Of a stretch of DNA of 64,000 nt, positions 40,256 through 50,174 are shown in pieces; within the stretch, counting starts at the first letter, position 1; each line of letters opens with the position of its first letter. The position numbers and the translations under genes are program-made. Source of the DNA: a plasmid; the sequence record CP088595.1. One strand, written 5' to 3'. A model generated the notes under the pieces. It searched no databases and was not told the origin of the DNA. It saw nothing but the letters and a program-made list of their open reading frames with translations.

Positions 40256-43200
40256 ATGCCGTCTGTATCCCGATACCGCACCTGGCTTGCCGTGCCTGCA
40301 GATGAAATCGAAGATCTCAAAAAAGCACATCCCCCGATGAACGGGCACACGCCCGTTCTCTGGGACAAGGAGCACAAACTCTGGTTTGCCCGCCCGGGGG
40401 CGGACCTGTCCATGCTGGACCGCTGGCTGCCCCGGCCGCAGGAAGTCTCCATGAACGGCAGTGACCCGGTCACCGAGTTTGCCCAGGTACTGGAAAATGC
40501 CGGGCTGGTTCTGAAAGAACTGCCGGTCATGGACGGGAAAATCCACCGTGTCCCGACCGCCGGTGACAAAAAAGGACAAAAAAGTGGCGCATATCGCGGC
40601 TTCCTGGACGGCAGACCTGCCGGCTGGTACAGGGATTACCGCAGCGCAGACGATTCGCCGGTCACCTGGACTTTCTCCGGCGGAGAGCAGACAGATCCCC
40701 GCGCAAGACTTCACCTGAAAGCGCATTCGATGCAACGCAGGGAAGACGCGGAGCGGGAACTGAAAGCACAGTACAACCGACAGGCTGCCTATGCCCGCCG
40801 CTATGTCAGCAAATGGCCGCAGGCCACGGCACATGAATACCTGACCCGGAAAGGCATTCAGGCTGCGCCGGGGGTGCGAATAAACGACAAAAATGAGCTT
40901 GTTATTCCTTTCAGCAACCGTAACGGCGCAATACGCTCCTACCAGCGCATTCCGGTCACCGGCGGGAAGGATGCCCGCATCCTGAAAGATTCCGAGAAAA
41001 CCGGTAACTGGTTTGCGCTGGGCACGCCGCGCAACGGCCAGCCGGTACTGTTTGCCGAGGGCTACGCCACTGCCGCCTCCCTGCACGAAGCCACAGGCCT
41101 TCCGGTACTGATGACAGTGGATGCGGGCAACATGATTATTGTGGCCGAAGAGGCCCGGCAAAAATGGAAGCAAAGCCCCTTTATCTTCTGTGCCGACAAC
41201 GATCATGCACGCCAGGTTAACAAAGGTATCGTCAGTGCAACAAAAGCCGCAGAACTGACAGGAGGATCGGTCATCTTTCCTGCGTTCACCGATGCCGAAA
41301 AAGCGCAGGGGCTGACCGATTTCAATGACCTGGATGCCAGCCGGGGACGGGCCGCTTTTCTGCATGTCATCAACGCCCAGTTAGAACATATCGGGGTTTC
41401 CACCCCCAACAGTAACACCCCGGAAATCCGGGAGGCACTGGTGATCGGCAACCTCGTTTTTACACCGGTCCACACTGAGGAAAAAACCATGACTCCGACA
41501 GAATATCCTGAAACATCACCCGATACAGGGCACAGCCATGACCAGGGACCTTCTCTGCCGTCCGCCACGCAGCAGGAACAACCTGCTGCTTCCAGCGGTA
41601 ACATTGCTGATGAAACACAGTCATTTACCAGTCACGCCACTGAAAATAACGGCAAAGATGAGCGGCACGCTGATAACGTTCAGGCGCAAACGGAAAGCTC
41701 TGTAGTTCAGGACTCCCCTGCAGAATCACCGGCGTCCCCGGAAAGTACAACGGCGTCTGCCCCTGATGAACCCGCTCATCCGGCGGAACCTCCGGAAAAA
41801 GTTGTCTCGGTGGCCACAGATAAAGACTGGCGTGAATTTGAAGCCGAACTGTCACAACCGGAAAAAAACGAGTCACAACAGGAATCCGGCACTTCACCTG
41901 AAATACCGGCCCCTGCTGCCGCCCCCGCATCCCCTGAAGACAGTCCCTCATCTGAAACCATGAATGAATCAGCCGAGCCATCACCTTCCCCTGATGCAGT
42001 CAAAGAGGAAATGACCGTGATGACGGAGCCTGATGACAAACAAAGCATCGGAATATCCCCGGATACTCCCCGGGAAGAGGCGGTCAACCATGTAACTGAA
42101 GACATTCCCCTTCAGCCAGAGCCGTTCCTTCCTGAGTCAGATGGCCCCGAAGAATACGAAGACTACAGCGCATATCAGGAGCTGATGAACAATGAAAATC
42201 CTGAGCATCTGCAGGAAAACAGTGATATGCCGTCGCAACCGGACACAGGCCACGTTCAGGCAGATGAGTCAGAACTTCAGGCCACAACAGCCACTATAGA
42301 ACCGGCTGTCCGGGATGAACCCACTCCGCAGCAACCTGTTCAGAGCACATCACCTTCTGATAATACTTCATCGTTTCTCGACAAAGCGCGTGGCTTTTTT
42401 ACACGTAAAAAAACGGATTCACAGGCGCATGAGAACAGTGATCCCACGCCCTCAGCAGAAACCACGACGACTCCACCGATACCTGACAGTATTGTCTACG
42501 CCCCGGAACGTTCTGATGCACCGATATCGCTCAACATGGACGAAATTCTTAAAGAGCTTGACTGGGAAAAACGAGCAGACAGAACCGTCCTGTACAAACT
42601 GGATGGCAAACCTGCCTTCATTGACCGGGTAAACCGGCTGGAAATGGTCAACGGTGCCAGCAATGACGATCGCAGCGTTCTGGCCGCACTTGCTGTGGCC
42701 ACCAAATTTTATGGGGGCGTCATAGAGCTGACGGGCAGTGATGCCTTTAAGCAAAAAGCAATGCAGTTGATTATCGAGCACAACATCGATGTCCGGATGA
42801 AATTGCCAGATCAACGGGCTGAACTAGAAAAATTACGCAAGGAAATGGCTGTCAGTAAGGATGCTGTTGTCACCCATCAGCCAACACCGGAACTTAACCG
42901 GAATATCCCTGAACAACCGGCTGTCCCTGACCCCGTTCAGGAAAAAGAAGCCACACAATCCCCGGCGTCCCCTGCTGCCCCTGAAGCATCAACCGTCAGC
43001 ACCGCTCCTGCATCATCACCGGCTGAACCAGGCAAAACGGCAGATGCAGCACCAGGTGAAGAACCACCAGGAAAACTTCGCCCGGGAGAGAGCGTGACTG
43101 CCGTACTGCACAATTTTGGTCGTGCTGAATATGCACCCGGCAAAGGAGAAAGTTTCTTTGTTGAGCTTAAAAACCGCAGTGGCAGCAAACTCTACTGGGG

Positions 43201-44023
43201 GGAACAACTGGAAAGTCTGGTCAAAAACCATCAGAAAGGTGACGTGGTGACACTGACACTTCAGAACCGCGAACAATTCATCCTCCCGGGAGAGCAAAAA
43301 GCACGTTTCCGGAATAAGTGGTCCATGGAGTCAGTTACCAACGGGATCTCGGTATCACATGATAATCCGGATAAAGGTCAGCGTATTCAGGCGATTCCGG
43401 TCGAAACCTTTATGAAAGTGGCTGCGCAAATCAGCCAGGGGTGGCCCGAAGAGATGAAAGCGTTACGTATGCCAGAAAACGTCGGCTCACATCTGTTTAT
43501 CGGTGAAGACCGACATCCGGTCTCCGCGCCACAGAACGCAAATCAGGTAACAGAAATAACCAGCGCAGCCCCTGACAAGCTGACACCTGTTCTGGGATCA
43601 GTGGATAAGGATACGCGTGAACTCAACCTGCTACTTGTCCAGAGTGCCGATGAACATCTGCAGGGTGTGGTCCGGCTGAACGGCACATTGTATCCGGCAC
43701 TGGCCACCCCATCAGCCGACAACAGTCAGCTGGTTATCAATGCGCTGACCGACAAAGGTTTACGCTTTGCAGGTTATGGTGAAGCGGTAAACCACGATGC
43801 TGACAGCACGAATCGCCCCGCACCGGAGCTTATGCAGTTTCATCTGAAAACCCGGGAAGAACCGCTTTTTGCTGCTGTCTACACGCCGGAAAAACAACCT
43901 GATGCGTTGTACCGGAACCTGGGCTTCGAGCAGTCATGGCAGCAGTGGTCCAACAGCCAAAAGCCGGAGGACAGGCAGGAAAAAACTCTGCATCAGGATC
44001 TCTCCCACAGCCCCGGCCGATGA
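40256..44023 (+). CDS. sogL: SogL DNA primase (1255 aa); SogS would arise from an in-frame internal start
   Basis: ATG 40256 with AGGAG SD gives 1255 aa, the R64 SogL length. The N-terminal domain is primase-like (TOPRIM-type acidic motifs) and the middle is low-complexity and Pro/Glu/Ser-rich. The listed ORF starts at GTG 40220. Confidence 0.8.
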   Translation: MPSVSRYRTWLAVPADEIEDLKKAHPPMNGHTPVLWDKEHKLWFARPGADLSMLDRWLPRPQEVSMNGSDPVTEFAQVLENAGLVLKELPVMDGKIHRVPTAGDKKGQKSGAYRGFLDGRPAGWYRDYRSADDSPVTWTFSGGEQTDPRARLHLKAHSMQRREDAERELKAQYNRQAAYARRYVSKWPQATAHEYLTRKGIQAAPGVRINDKNELVIPFSNRNGAIRSYQRIPVTGGKDARILKDSEKTGNWFALGTPRNGQPVLFAEGYATAASLHEATGLPVLMTVDAGNMIIVAEEARQKWKQSPFIFCADNDHARQVNKGIVSATKAAELTGGSVIFPAFTDAEKAQGLTDFNDLDASRGRAAFLHVINAQLEHIGVSTPNSNTPEIREALVIGNLVFTPVHTEEKTMTPTEYPETSPDTGHSHDQGPSLPSATQQEQPAASSGNIADETQSFTSHATENNGKDERHADNVQAQTESSVVQDSPAESPASPESTTASAPDEPAHPAEPPEKVVSVATDKDWREFEAELSQPEKNESQQESGTSPEIPAPAAAPASPEDSPSSETMNESAEPSPSPDAVKEEMTVMTEPDDKQSIGISPDTPREEAVNHVTEDIPLQPEPFLPESDGPEEYEDYSAYQELMNNENPEHLQENSDMPSQPDTGHVQADESELQATTATIEPAVRDEPTPQQPVQSTSPSDNTSSFLDKARGFFTRKKTDSQAHENSDPTPSAETTTTPPIPDSIVYAPERSDAPISLNMDEILKELDWEKRADRTVLYKLDGKPAFIDRVNRLEMVNGASNDDRSVLAALAVATKFYGGVIELTGSDAFKQKAMQLIIEHNIDVRMKLPDQRAELEKLRKEMAVSKDAVVTHQPTPELNRNIPEQPAVPDPVQEKEATQSPASPAAPEASTVSTAPASSPAEPGKTADAAPGEEPPGKLRPGESVTAVLHNFGRAEYAPGKGESFFVELKNRSGSKLYWGEQLESLVKNHQKGDVVTLTLQNREQFILPGEQKARFRNKWSMESVTNGISVSHDNPDKGQRIQAIPVETFMKVAAQISQGWPEEMKALRMPENVGSHLFIGEDRHPVSAPQNANQVTEITSAAPDKLTPVLGSVDKDTRELNLLLVQSADEHLQGVVRLNGTLYPALATPSADNSQLVINALTDKGLRFAGYGEAVNHDADSTNRPAPELMQFHLKTREEPLFAAVYTPEKQPDALYRNLGFEQSWQQWSNSQKPEDRQEKTLHQDLSHSPGR

Positions 44024-44040
44024 GCCGGTAAGGAAGCCAT

Positions 44041-44388
44041 ATGAACATGCATAAGTCTCTGGTTGCCGTGCTCGGCCTTATCCTGATTTCATCCACGGCA
44101 AGTGCTGCAACCTGTCGTGCGGGTAGCGCGGCACAGGCCGGTAGTAATACAGGATATGAGCGAGCACGTGCAGCTGCGGATGCATGGTCACAACGTGAAA
44201 ACGATGTTTCCTCATCCCTGCAGTCCTGTCTGTCACGAATCAAAAAAATCAGCATAAACCTCCCCCAGTTCCCCAGCCTTGACGACATTCTGTCGCAGCT
44301 GGAAAACCAGGTCTGCGACGCGGTCGTGGACAAGGTGAATGAAAAGCTGCCGGGGAATATTGATCCCTGGAAGGACTACAACCTATGA
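44041..44388 (+). CDS. traL: TraL (115 aa), signal-peptide protein
   Basis: Positional, from the IncI1 traL-traY order. Has a signal peptide. Confidence 0.55.
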   Translation: MNMHKSLVAVLGLILISSTASAATCRAGSAAQAGSNTGYERARAAADAWSQRENDVSSSLQSCLSRIKKISINLPQFPSLDDILSQLENQVCDAVVDKVNEKLPGNIDPWKDYNL

Positions 44389-45077
44389 CCGAAAATACCG
44401 AGCCATCCTCGCCATCACATCCGGCACCTGACCCGGAAATACTGAAGAGCACAATCAGGGCTATGAAGCAGTCAGAACAGCGGGCAAATAATGTCCCTGC
44501 GCTGATAAAAGCGCTTTTATGTACGGGCACATGTCTTCTTATCAGTATTACTGGTAACGCCATTCAGTACTGGCACTCAACGAATGTGGAGCGCGAATAT
44601 TTCGCTACAGACAATGGTCGTCTGGTCAGGCTGGCACCAACAAGTCAGCCAGCATGGAGTCAGAATGATGCAATGGCCTTTGGCAGCCAGGCACTGGCGA
44701 CCGCATTCAACCTGGATTTTGTGCACTATCGTTCACAGATCTCCTCCCTGTCTCCGCGTTTTTCTGACGAAGGTTTTGTCGGATATGTGAATGCATTACA
44801 GGCATCTAACATTCTGGAGACGATCAAGAAAGAGAAGATGAATCTGACCGCCACGACAGGTGCTGGCGTTCTGGTACGACAGGGACAAATGTCCGACGGC
44901 GTATGGTTCTGGACATTCCAGTATCCTGTCCGTATGCGTCTGGTCGGCCAGACAACCAGCAAGCCAGAACAGTCTTTTGTTTTCGAAATCACCATCCAGC
45001 GTGTTGACCCCAGACTGAAACCATCCGGTATGGAAATCCGGCAGATGATCTCCCGTAACGCCGGACCGAACTCCTGA
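44385..45077 (+). CDS. traM: TraM (230 aa)
   Basis: Positional. Overlap-coupled to traL. One TM helix. Confidence 0.55.
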   Translation: MTENTEPSSPSHPAPDPEILKSTIRAMKQSEQRANNVPALIKALLCTGTCLLISITGNAIQYWHSTNVEREYFATDNGRLVRLAPTSQPAWSQNDAMAFGSQALATAFNLDFVHYRSQISSLSPRFSDEGFVGYVNALQASNILETIKKEKMNLTATTGAGVLVRQGQMSDGVWFWTFQYPVRMRLVGQTTSKPEQSFVFEITIQRVDPRLKPSGMEIRQMISRNAGPNS

Positions 45078-45087
45078 GATAAGTAAT

Positions 45088-46071
45088 ATGCAATCACGTT
45101 ATTTACTGAGCACACTGCTCCTGGTGTGCAGCGCCGCCACGTCTGCCGATAACGCAGGATGGCAGAACGCACGCACACCACAAACGACAAATTCTGCCAG
45201 CGATCACGTTCAGAATGCCTCCCAAAACACCGGAGGTGTTCCGGCAACACTGGTAAAAGGTGAGCTGCCTGCCCCCGGGCAGGCCAGCCCGCTGGTACAG
45301 GATGCGGCAAGACTTGATTCTGAGCTCTCCGCCGATGAAATTCGCTCACTACGCAGTCTCATGGCGGATAACGAGCGGGCCATCAATGCGCCCATCACCA
45401 GTGTTGTACCCCGTATCAGCTCTCTGACAGTTAATCTGTCCCCCGGTGCCAGCCTTCCTCTTGTTCGCACAGCCATGAACAACCTGAGCGTGGTGACATT
45501 TACCGATATCAACGGTTCACCATGGCCACAATCCGATCCTCCTTATAACGCGGCACCAAAACTCTTTGATGTGCAGTACAACGGGAACATGGTGACAATC
45601 ACACCATTGCGGCCATGGGCATCCGGAAACATTTCTGTCTACCTGAAAGGTCTGTCGGTACCGGTCATCCTGAACGTAACCAGTGGCGAAACAGATACGC
45701 CGTCATCCAGTCAGGAAATGGACAGTCGTCTGGATCTGCGAATACCACGGCAGGGACCAACCAGCCCGGTTGTCTCCATCCCGACGGATAAAATCGCCCT
45801 GCATGATGCAACATTACAGGCATTTCTTGATGGTATTCCTCCCCGGGACCCTTCAGTTAAGAGGCTGAAATTCACAGGTAATGTCCCGGATACAACGATC
45901 TGGCAACACGGCGATGACCTTCTGGTTCGTTCCCGGGCGATGTTGCGCGATGAATTTGAACAGACCTTGTCCTCCGCCGACGGAACTCATCTCTGGAAGC
46001 TTCCCGTCACCCCACTACTGACTTTCTCTGTGAATGGCCAGTCCGTTCACGTGACACCAGAACTGGAGTAA
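45088..46071 (+). CDS. traN: TraN (327 aa), secreted protein
   Basis: Positional. Has a signal peptide. Confidence 0.55.
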   Translation: MQSRYLLSTLLLVCSAATSADNAGWQNARTPQTTNSASDHVQNASQNTGGVPATLVKGELPAPGQASPLVQDAARLDSELSADEIRSLRSLMADNERAINAPITSVVPRISSLTVNLSPGASLPLVRTAMNNLSVVTFTDINGSPWPQSDPPYNAAPKLFDVQYNGNMVTITPLRPWASGNISVYLKGLSVPVILNVTSGETDTPSSSQEMDSRLDLRIPRQGPTSPVVSIPTDKIALHDATLQAFLDGIPPRDPSVKRLKFTGNVPDTTIWQHGDDLLVRSRAMLRDEFEQTLSSADGTHLWKLPVTPLLTFSVNGQSVHVTPELE

Positions 46072-46073
46072 TC

Positions 46074-47363
46074 ATGAGTGCTGAACAGGATGCCGGTAAA
46101 TCCGGAAAGAAACTGGCTGCCCTGCTTGGACTGGGCAGCATCATCTTATTTGGCGGCGGCTATATCGCGTTTTCCAAACTATCAGGGAGTAACAGCGATA
46201 TGCAGTCAGCCGTGAACATTAACAGTGCAGCAAGCGGCGGAACGCGCAGCGTTACCGAAACGCCTCATTATCGTGAACTGTTAAGAGCGGATAATGAACG
46301 AGGGGCCGCAGCTGCAGCCCGCAATAATCAGACGTTCATTGCCAGTCTTCCACAGGGGCTTGATATTCCGGACACTCCGGAAAAGCAACAACAGCCTGCA
46401 ACAAAACCGGAAAACTATGCTCATCGCCAGGCTTCCGGCACACCACAGGAGGATCGAGCAGCCAGTGAAAAGCGTATGGAGCGGCTGCAAAAGCTGATTG
46501 TAAGAATAAAAGATCAGCATCCTGCCGGTAGTACACCAACCATAGCAACGACTATGTGGAATAAATCTCCGGCAGAAACAACAGGGCAGAATGGTACGCA
46601 GCAATTCGCATTACAGAATGCCAGCCTGTCCACGCCGGTAGCAGAAAAAGGGATACAACTGATACCTGCTCTGACCCGTATACCGGCATATATTGATACT
46701 GCAGTGGATTCTGATAACCCGTCATCCAAGGTTATCGCAACCATTCCGGCTGGCCCCTGGGCAGGGGCAACGCTGTTCAGTCCGGGAGTCAAACTGGTGG
46801 GTAACGGCGTGGAGATCCATTTCGACCGGATGAGCTGGAACGGCATGGACCTTAAGGTCAATGCATATGCACAACGGGAAGACAACCTGATGTCATCCGT
46901 GGCCAGCAATGTGAATACACGCTGGTTTAAACATATCATTCTGCCGTCAGTGTTAGGAGGTGTGGGCAGTATTGGCACACTTTATAAAGATGCCAACACG
47001 CAGGTTATTCAGGGTAACTATGGCACGGTTACCGGACGCGTGGGAATGCCCAGTGGTGAAGCTGTTGCGGGCGTTATTGCCGGTGGTATGGCGGAAAGAG
47101 GAAGTCAGATATTAACCCGCCAGGCAGAAAGTGAGCCCTATAAACAGGTAGAAGTGTATCAGCATGAAGTCGTATCAATTCTGTTTGTTGACCCGGTAAT
47201 GACAAACGACGCCAGGTCCTCTTCCCTTTCCAGTGGCATTTCCCCTTCAGTTAATCGTACATCACAGGCGGAACAACGCTCGCAGGCACGAATGCAGACA
47301 GCCATGGAGCAAAGAAAAGCTGTGATGCAACGTCGGTATGATGAACAACCGGAGACACCATAA
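46074..47363 (+). CDS. traO: TraO (429 aa), VirB10-like membrane-spanning protein
   Basis: Positional. N-terminal TM helix plus a Pro/Gln-rich linker. 429 aa. Confidence 0.55.
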   Translation: MSAEQDAGKSGKKLAALLGLGSIILFGGGYIAFSKLSGSNSDMQSAVNINSAASGGTRSVTETPHYRELLRADNERGAAAAARNNQTFIASLPQGLDIPDTPEKQQQPATKPENYAHRQASGTPQEDRAASEKRMERLQKLIVRIKDQHPAGSTPTIATTMWNKSPAETTGQNGTQQFALQNASLSTPVAEKGIQLIPALTRIPAYIDTAVDSDNPSSKVIATIPAGPWAGATLFSPGVKLVGNGVEIHFDRMSWNGMDLKVNAYAQREDNLMSSVASNVNTRWFKHIILPSVLGGVGSIGTLYKDANTQVIQGNYGTVTGRVGMPSGEAVAGVIAGGMAERGSQILTRQAESEPYKQVEVYQHEVVSILFVDPVMTNDARSSSLSSGISPSVNRTSQAEQRSQARMQTAMEQRKAVMQRRYDEQPETP

Positions 47364-48067
47364 TGAAACCTGAAACAGAAATAGATGAAACCGGCAGCTT
47401 CGGTGAACCCGAAGAGAAACCCGCCCCCTTCTGGAAACGTTCCGTCTGGGGGATATCTGTAGCAACATGGGGGCTATGTGCAGTCGTGTTGCTCGCTGCC
47501 ATATGGTATCTGTTCCTGAGAGCGCCATCGGAAACAGGCATGCCTTCGTTTAATGATGCGGATGCTGGCGTACAGACCTGGCAAACCACCCAAGAATCAT
47601 CACCTTCCGTTCAGTCCACTGAGACTATGACTGTCCGGACAGGAGAAGATATGAGCCAGCTTGCCCGGGATGTAAAAACAGAGCTGGATAACCGGGATGA
47701 AAAAATTCAGGCAACACTGAATATGCTTCACGACAGCATTAACAAGCTGGGCGAAGCTATAAAAAAGGATGAAGAATACGCACAGGAAACGCGCCGTCAG
47801 CTGGATGATATCCGGAGCCGCCTGAACGGAATAATGACACAGAAAAGCGTCACTGAATCCTCTTCCACACCGCATCCAGCAAAGAAAAAAACGTCGTCTG
47901 TACTTAACGGAATGAAAATCATGTCGATGGAAACTGGCATGGCCTGGATTCGCTGGCAGGGTAGTACCTGGGCTGTCAGAGAAGGTCAGACGCTGGGCAA
48001 TGTGGTGATCCAGCGGATTGATCCGACGACCCGGACCATCATCACCAGTGCAGGGACGTTACGCTGA
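47363..48067 (+). CDS. traP: TraP (234 aa)
   Basis: Positional. One TM helix. Confidence 0.5.
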   Translation: MKPETEIDETGSFGEPEEKPAPFWKRSVWGISVATWGLCAVVLLAAIWYLFLRAPSETGMPSFNDADAGVQTWQTTQESSPSVQSTETMTVRTGEDMSQLARDVKTELDNRDEKIQATLNMLHDSINKLGEAIKKDEEYAQETRRQLDDIRSRLNGIMTQKSVTESSSTPHPAKKKTSSVLNGMKIMSMETGMAWIRWQGSTWAVREGQTLGNVVIQRIDPTTRTIITSAGTLR

Positions 48068-48594
48068 TGAACATGGATGCCCTGACCGCCATTGAGAACT
48101 TTGCCAGCAGTATTTTCAGTGCCGGAATGGATTTCCTGTTTACCTGGGGAGAATTCATCGGGGTGATCAGCATGATTACCCTGTTTGCCCGCGCCCGTTC
48201 AGCCGGTCCGGTAAAAATGTCTCCCGGAAAATTTATTGCGGGGATGTTAACCAGCTGCATGCTCGTATCACTCCCGGCAATGATTAACGCCGGAGGCGTA
48301 CAAATGGGATTCAGGGCTGACTCATTTGGTCCGATTGCATATGTACAACCTCAGACGTTTGGCGCTGCTGCTGGCGCAGCAAATGCAGTTCTGTCGCTGG
48401 CCAAGCTGGCCGGTGTGGGATTTGTCATGAACGGGATATCCATCTGGCGCAAGGCCGGACTCGATGGACATACCGCACTGAGTGCCAGTGAATCCGTCAG
48501 TAAAGGAAACGTCAAATTTATTGCCGGCGTCCTGCTGGTCTTTATCGATCGTGTCCTCAATGCCCTGCTGGCAAGCATTGGAATCGTCTTCTGA
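48067..48594 (+). CDS. traQ: TraQ (175 aa), polytopic membrane protein
   Basis: Positional. Confidence 0.5.
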   Translation: MNMDALTAIENFASSIFSAGMDFLFTWGEFIGVISMITLFARARSAGPVKMSPGKFIAGMLTSCMLVSLPAMINAGGVQMGFRADSFGPIAYVQPQTFGAAAGAANAVLSLAKLAGVGFVMNGISIWRKAGLDGHTALSASESVSKGNVKFIAGVLLVFIDRVLNALLASIGIVF

Positions 48595-48644
48595 TTTTTT
48601 TCACCTTCATATAAACCACTGATATATCCATTTAAGGAGAAACT

Positions 48645-49049
48645 ATGTCACGTATTCGTGTCGTGGCGGCTCGTCTGTACGCCGCATTTATCCATGCACA
48701 ACTGTTTGTAATGTCATGCCGGAGCAAACTGACTAAGTACCTGCTGCTCATTCCCATGATGTTGCTGCCCAAAGCCGTTCTTGCCGATGGAGATCTTGCC
48801 GATATGGTTCGCAATGTTGGTGAAGGTGCTAAAACAGCACAGTCATCATCAATCACTATTGCGCAGTTCATCGGCGTAATTCTGTTTCTCGGGGGCCTGA
48901 TTGGCCTGAAAAAAGTTGGGAAACAAGGGGGGATGGGACTGGCTGGTTGCATTGTATCTATCGTCATTGGGGCGGTACTTGTCGCCGGACCTGAAATGAT
49001 GAGTCGCAGCCAGAAACAGTTGGGGATTTCCTCAATTTCCATTGGCTAA
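48645..49049 (+). CDS. traR: TraR (134 aa), membrane protein
   Basis: Positional. Confidence 0.5.
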   Translation: MSRIRVVAARLYAAFIHAQLFVMSCRSKLTKYLLLIPMMLLPKAVLADGDLADMVRNVGEGAKTAQSSSITIAQFIGVILFLGGLIGLKKVGKQGGMGLAGCIVSIVIGAVLVAGPEMMSRSQKQLGISSISIG

Positions 49050-49112
49050 TCTTGTCCAGGGCACTGGCATTTATCCGGTGCCCTTCCTGTTCGGCAATAC
49101 AAGGAGGCACAT

Positions 49113-49301
49113 ATGTCTGCCTGGAGCCCGGAGCACATAACGTTACGACGAACAGAAAACGGCAATGTGATTGCCCACGACAGTCGGGACGATCAGGAAT
49201 TCATTTTTGCAGAATGCTGTTCCGATGAAATCGCAAACATCATTCTGGAAGCCGTGAAACGTTACACCAGTACGGAGCCTGCTCATGCAACACAGCATTA
49301 A
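49113..49301 (+). CDS. traS: TraS (62 aa)
   Basis: Positional. AGGAGG SD. Confidence 0.45.
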   Translation: MSAWSPEHITLRRTENGNVIAHDSRDDQEFIFAECCSDEIANIILEAVKRYTSTEPAHATQH

Positions 49302-50085
49302 AGACTTGTGGTTGTATCCCTTTCCAGAAATTGATGTGGTTCATACACAGGAGCCACTGTTACCGGAACCGGAATTAACAACGCCCGGTCGATGTATCTG
49401 CTGCCGGCAAAACGTCAGGCACCGTTTCAGACTGGATGACTCATGGCCACTCAGACAGCTTACCGACACAATCAGTGACACACGAGTTCGTCTTAATAAG
49501 GCCACAGAACATCTGGATAAGTTAAAAAAGCGTGGTGAACCAGTCGCAACCGGCGAAAAGGAAAAGTACAACACGGCAGTAAAAGCCGCTGAACGGGCGC
49601 TTGAGCAGGCCCGTCTGTCTGCCAGACGTCTTTCACTCCGCCATGTACAGAAAGCTGAAATCACCAGTACAGAGTCGTTGTCAGAGAAAGAGCAGGAACT
49701 GTTTCATGAAGACGGCCCGCCTTACAGCTTATGTGCTTTCTGCCACGCCTGGCATTCACTGAATGGTTATGCCGCAGCACAGGGCGTTATGGTGTGGCTA
49801 CCCGACCTTCATCCATCCACGGTCGTGGCCCTTAACCGTCGTTCATTACAGGAAGTTTTCAGTAATGATAAGTTCCGGGTCCGGCGGGGACGGGAAGCGC
49901 TCTCTGCACTGATGCAAAACAGACTGGCGGTTGAGGATAAATTCCGCAGTTTCCGCCCGGCCGATTTCGCTGACGTTTTTCGTCGCTATCCACCTTCCGG
50001 TCGTTCGCCCCTGCGTGAAAAAATGAACGGGATTGCCCTGATTCTGACACCAGATTCATTCATCAAAAAAGAATACGTTGATTGA
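49285..50085 (+). CDS. traT: TraT (266 aa)
   Basis: Positional. Confidence 0.5.
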   Translation: MQHSIKDLWLYPFPEIDVVHTQEPLLPEPELTTPGRCICCRQNVRHRFRLDDSWPLRQLTDTISDTRVRLNKATEHLDKLKKRGEPVATGEKEKYNTAVKAAERALEQARLSARRLSLRHVQKAEITSTESLSEKEQELFHEDGPPYSLCAFCHAWHSLNGYAAAQGVMVWLPDLHPSTVVALNRRSLQEVFSNDKFRVRRGREALSALMQNRLAVEDKFRSFRPADFADVFRRYPPSGRSPLREKMNGIALILTPDSFIKKEYVD

Positions 50086-50174
50086 TTTTTCTTCATGCCA
50101 CTCCTGAACAGGGTGGCATTAAAAAAATCAAACTGCACAAACCTCTCTCCTGTAAGTCCGGAGTTCCCTCACCT

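Noticed and set aside
40241-43297. Several minus-strand and alternative-frame ORFs inside sogL (e.g. 40241..41365(-), 374 aa)
   Set aside because: They are embedded in the 1255-aa sogL frame. The Pro/Glu/Ser-rich low-complexity region generates long spurious antisense frames.
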